From Dehalococcoidia bacterium (GTDB lineage Bacteria > Chloroflexota > Dehalococcoidia > Bin125): a DNA stretch of 64,000 nt. The stretch is taken from positions 462,165 through 526,164 of the forward strand of contig OZ253471.1 in NCBI GenBank assembly GCA_965261715.1. Direction: 5' to 3'. A model generated the notes under the pieces. That model searched no databases. It was given only the letters and a program-made list of their open reading frames with translations, and was not told the DNA's origin. The position numbers and the translations under genes are program-made. This document shows, in pieces, positions 63,426-64,000 of this stretch; position 1 is the stretch's first letter; every line of letters begins with the position of its first letter.

Positions 63426-63448
63426 CCAGCGCTTGCCGCTGGTTTTTT
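63426..63448 (+). terminator. Intrinsic terminator (attenuator) in the pyrR leader
   Basis: CCAGCG cttgc CGCTGG followed by TTTTTT, ending about 30 nt upstream of the pyrR start. Confidence 0.65.
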
Positions 63449-63479
63449 CGTTAATCCAGACAGCCGGGACCGCATCGTG

Positions 63480-64000
63480 ATGACCTCGATGGATGCGGCG
63501 GCGATGGATCGGGCGATCACGCGAATCGCGCACGAGATCGTGGAGCGTCATCCCGATCCGGATCCGTTGATGCTGGTCGGGATGCGAACGCGCGGTGTTC
63601 CATTGGCTGAGCGACTGGCCATGCGCATCGAGGGAATCGATGGGCGCCGGGCGCCGGTTGGCGCGATCGACATCTCGCTCTATCGAGACGACCTGGCGCA
63701 ACGTCCTCATGCCCGGATGCAACCGTCGAGGATTCCAGAAGACATTGACAGCGCGGTGATCGTGCTGGTCGACGACGTGCTGTTCACGGGCCGCTCCATT
63801 CGAGCGGCGCTGGACGCGCTCATTGACTACGGGCGGCCGGCCGCGATTGAACTCGCGGTCTTGATCGACCGTGGTCACCGCGAGTTGCCGATCCGGGCCG
63901 ACTACGTCGGCAAGAACATTCCCACCCAGCGCGGCGACGACGTGCGCGTGTCGTTGTTGGAAGCGGATGGGCAGGATTGTGTCGGCGTATACGAGGAGAG
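63480..64000 (+). CDS. pyrR: Bifunctional pyrimidine operon regulator / uracil phosphoribosyltransferase PyrR (3' end outside window)
   Basis: [26 protein letters not shown]...[12 protein letters not shown]...[22 protein letters not shown] (PRPP-binding motif). The frame stays open to the window end. Absent from the track because there is no stop. The antisense track ORF 63414..63878 is rejected. Confidence 0.9.
   Translation, partial: MTSMDAAAMDRAITRIAHEIVERHPDPDPLMLVGMRTRGVPLAERLAMRIEGIDGRRAPVGAIDISLYRDDLAQRPHARMQPSRIPEDIDSAVIVLVDDVLFTGRSIRAALDALIDYGRPAAIELAVLIDRGHRELPIRADYVGKNIPTQRGDDVRVSLLEADGQDCVGVYEE

Overview
High-GC bacterial chromosomal window, read by eye with no alignment or search tools. 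The gene content (many family-III CoA-transferases, LLM/F420-type oxidoreductases, amidohydrolase-2 enzymes, crotonases, MFS transporters) fits a heterotrophic Chloroflexota/SAR202-like or similar genome, but that placement is only an inference. The backbone runs as follows: nusA-ylxR-infB-rbfA-truB; a minus-strand fabG/fabD/KAS/KAS/ACP cluster; amtB-glnK; a catabolic block (fused double CoA-transferase, cyclase, three tandem MFS paralogues, GMC oxidoreductase, a split CoA-transferase pair); a general amino-acid ABC transporter; crotonases, amidohydrolases, HAD hydrolases and a CNNM/CorC protein; RNase D; an L36 gene missing from the ORF track; accB-accC; Trm112; and the 5' part of pyrR with a PyrR-type leader. 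Visibly more AT-rich accessory modules are inserted into this backbone. (1) A tRNA-bounded islet (tRNA-Leu, tRNA-Gln ... tRNA-Asn) carries a stand-alone OLD-family ATPase-Toprim nuclease, a degenerate full-length tRNA-Asn copy, one hicAB pair and an orphan hicB. (2) A three-ORF module encodes a PIN-like ORF, then a single in-frame TGA, then a GNAT plus ASCH-like ORF, plus a stand-alone ASCH protein. I consider this the best candidate for an undescribed toxin/defence or RNA-modification system. (3) A translationally coupled pair of unknown function encodes a His-motif protein and a DUF1828-like protein. (4) At least four further type II TA pairs are present, one of them splitting the ABC transporter operon. 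The intergenic space holds at least five families of G/C-run palindromic REP/MITE-like repeats, some nested and some with terminal inverted repeats. Several short tandem direct repeats lie next to start or stop codons. Long antisense ORFs in the track are treated as high-GC shadow ORFs.
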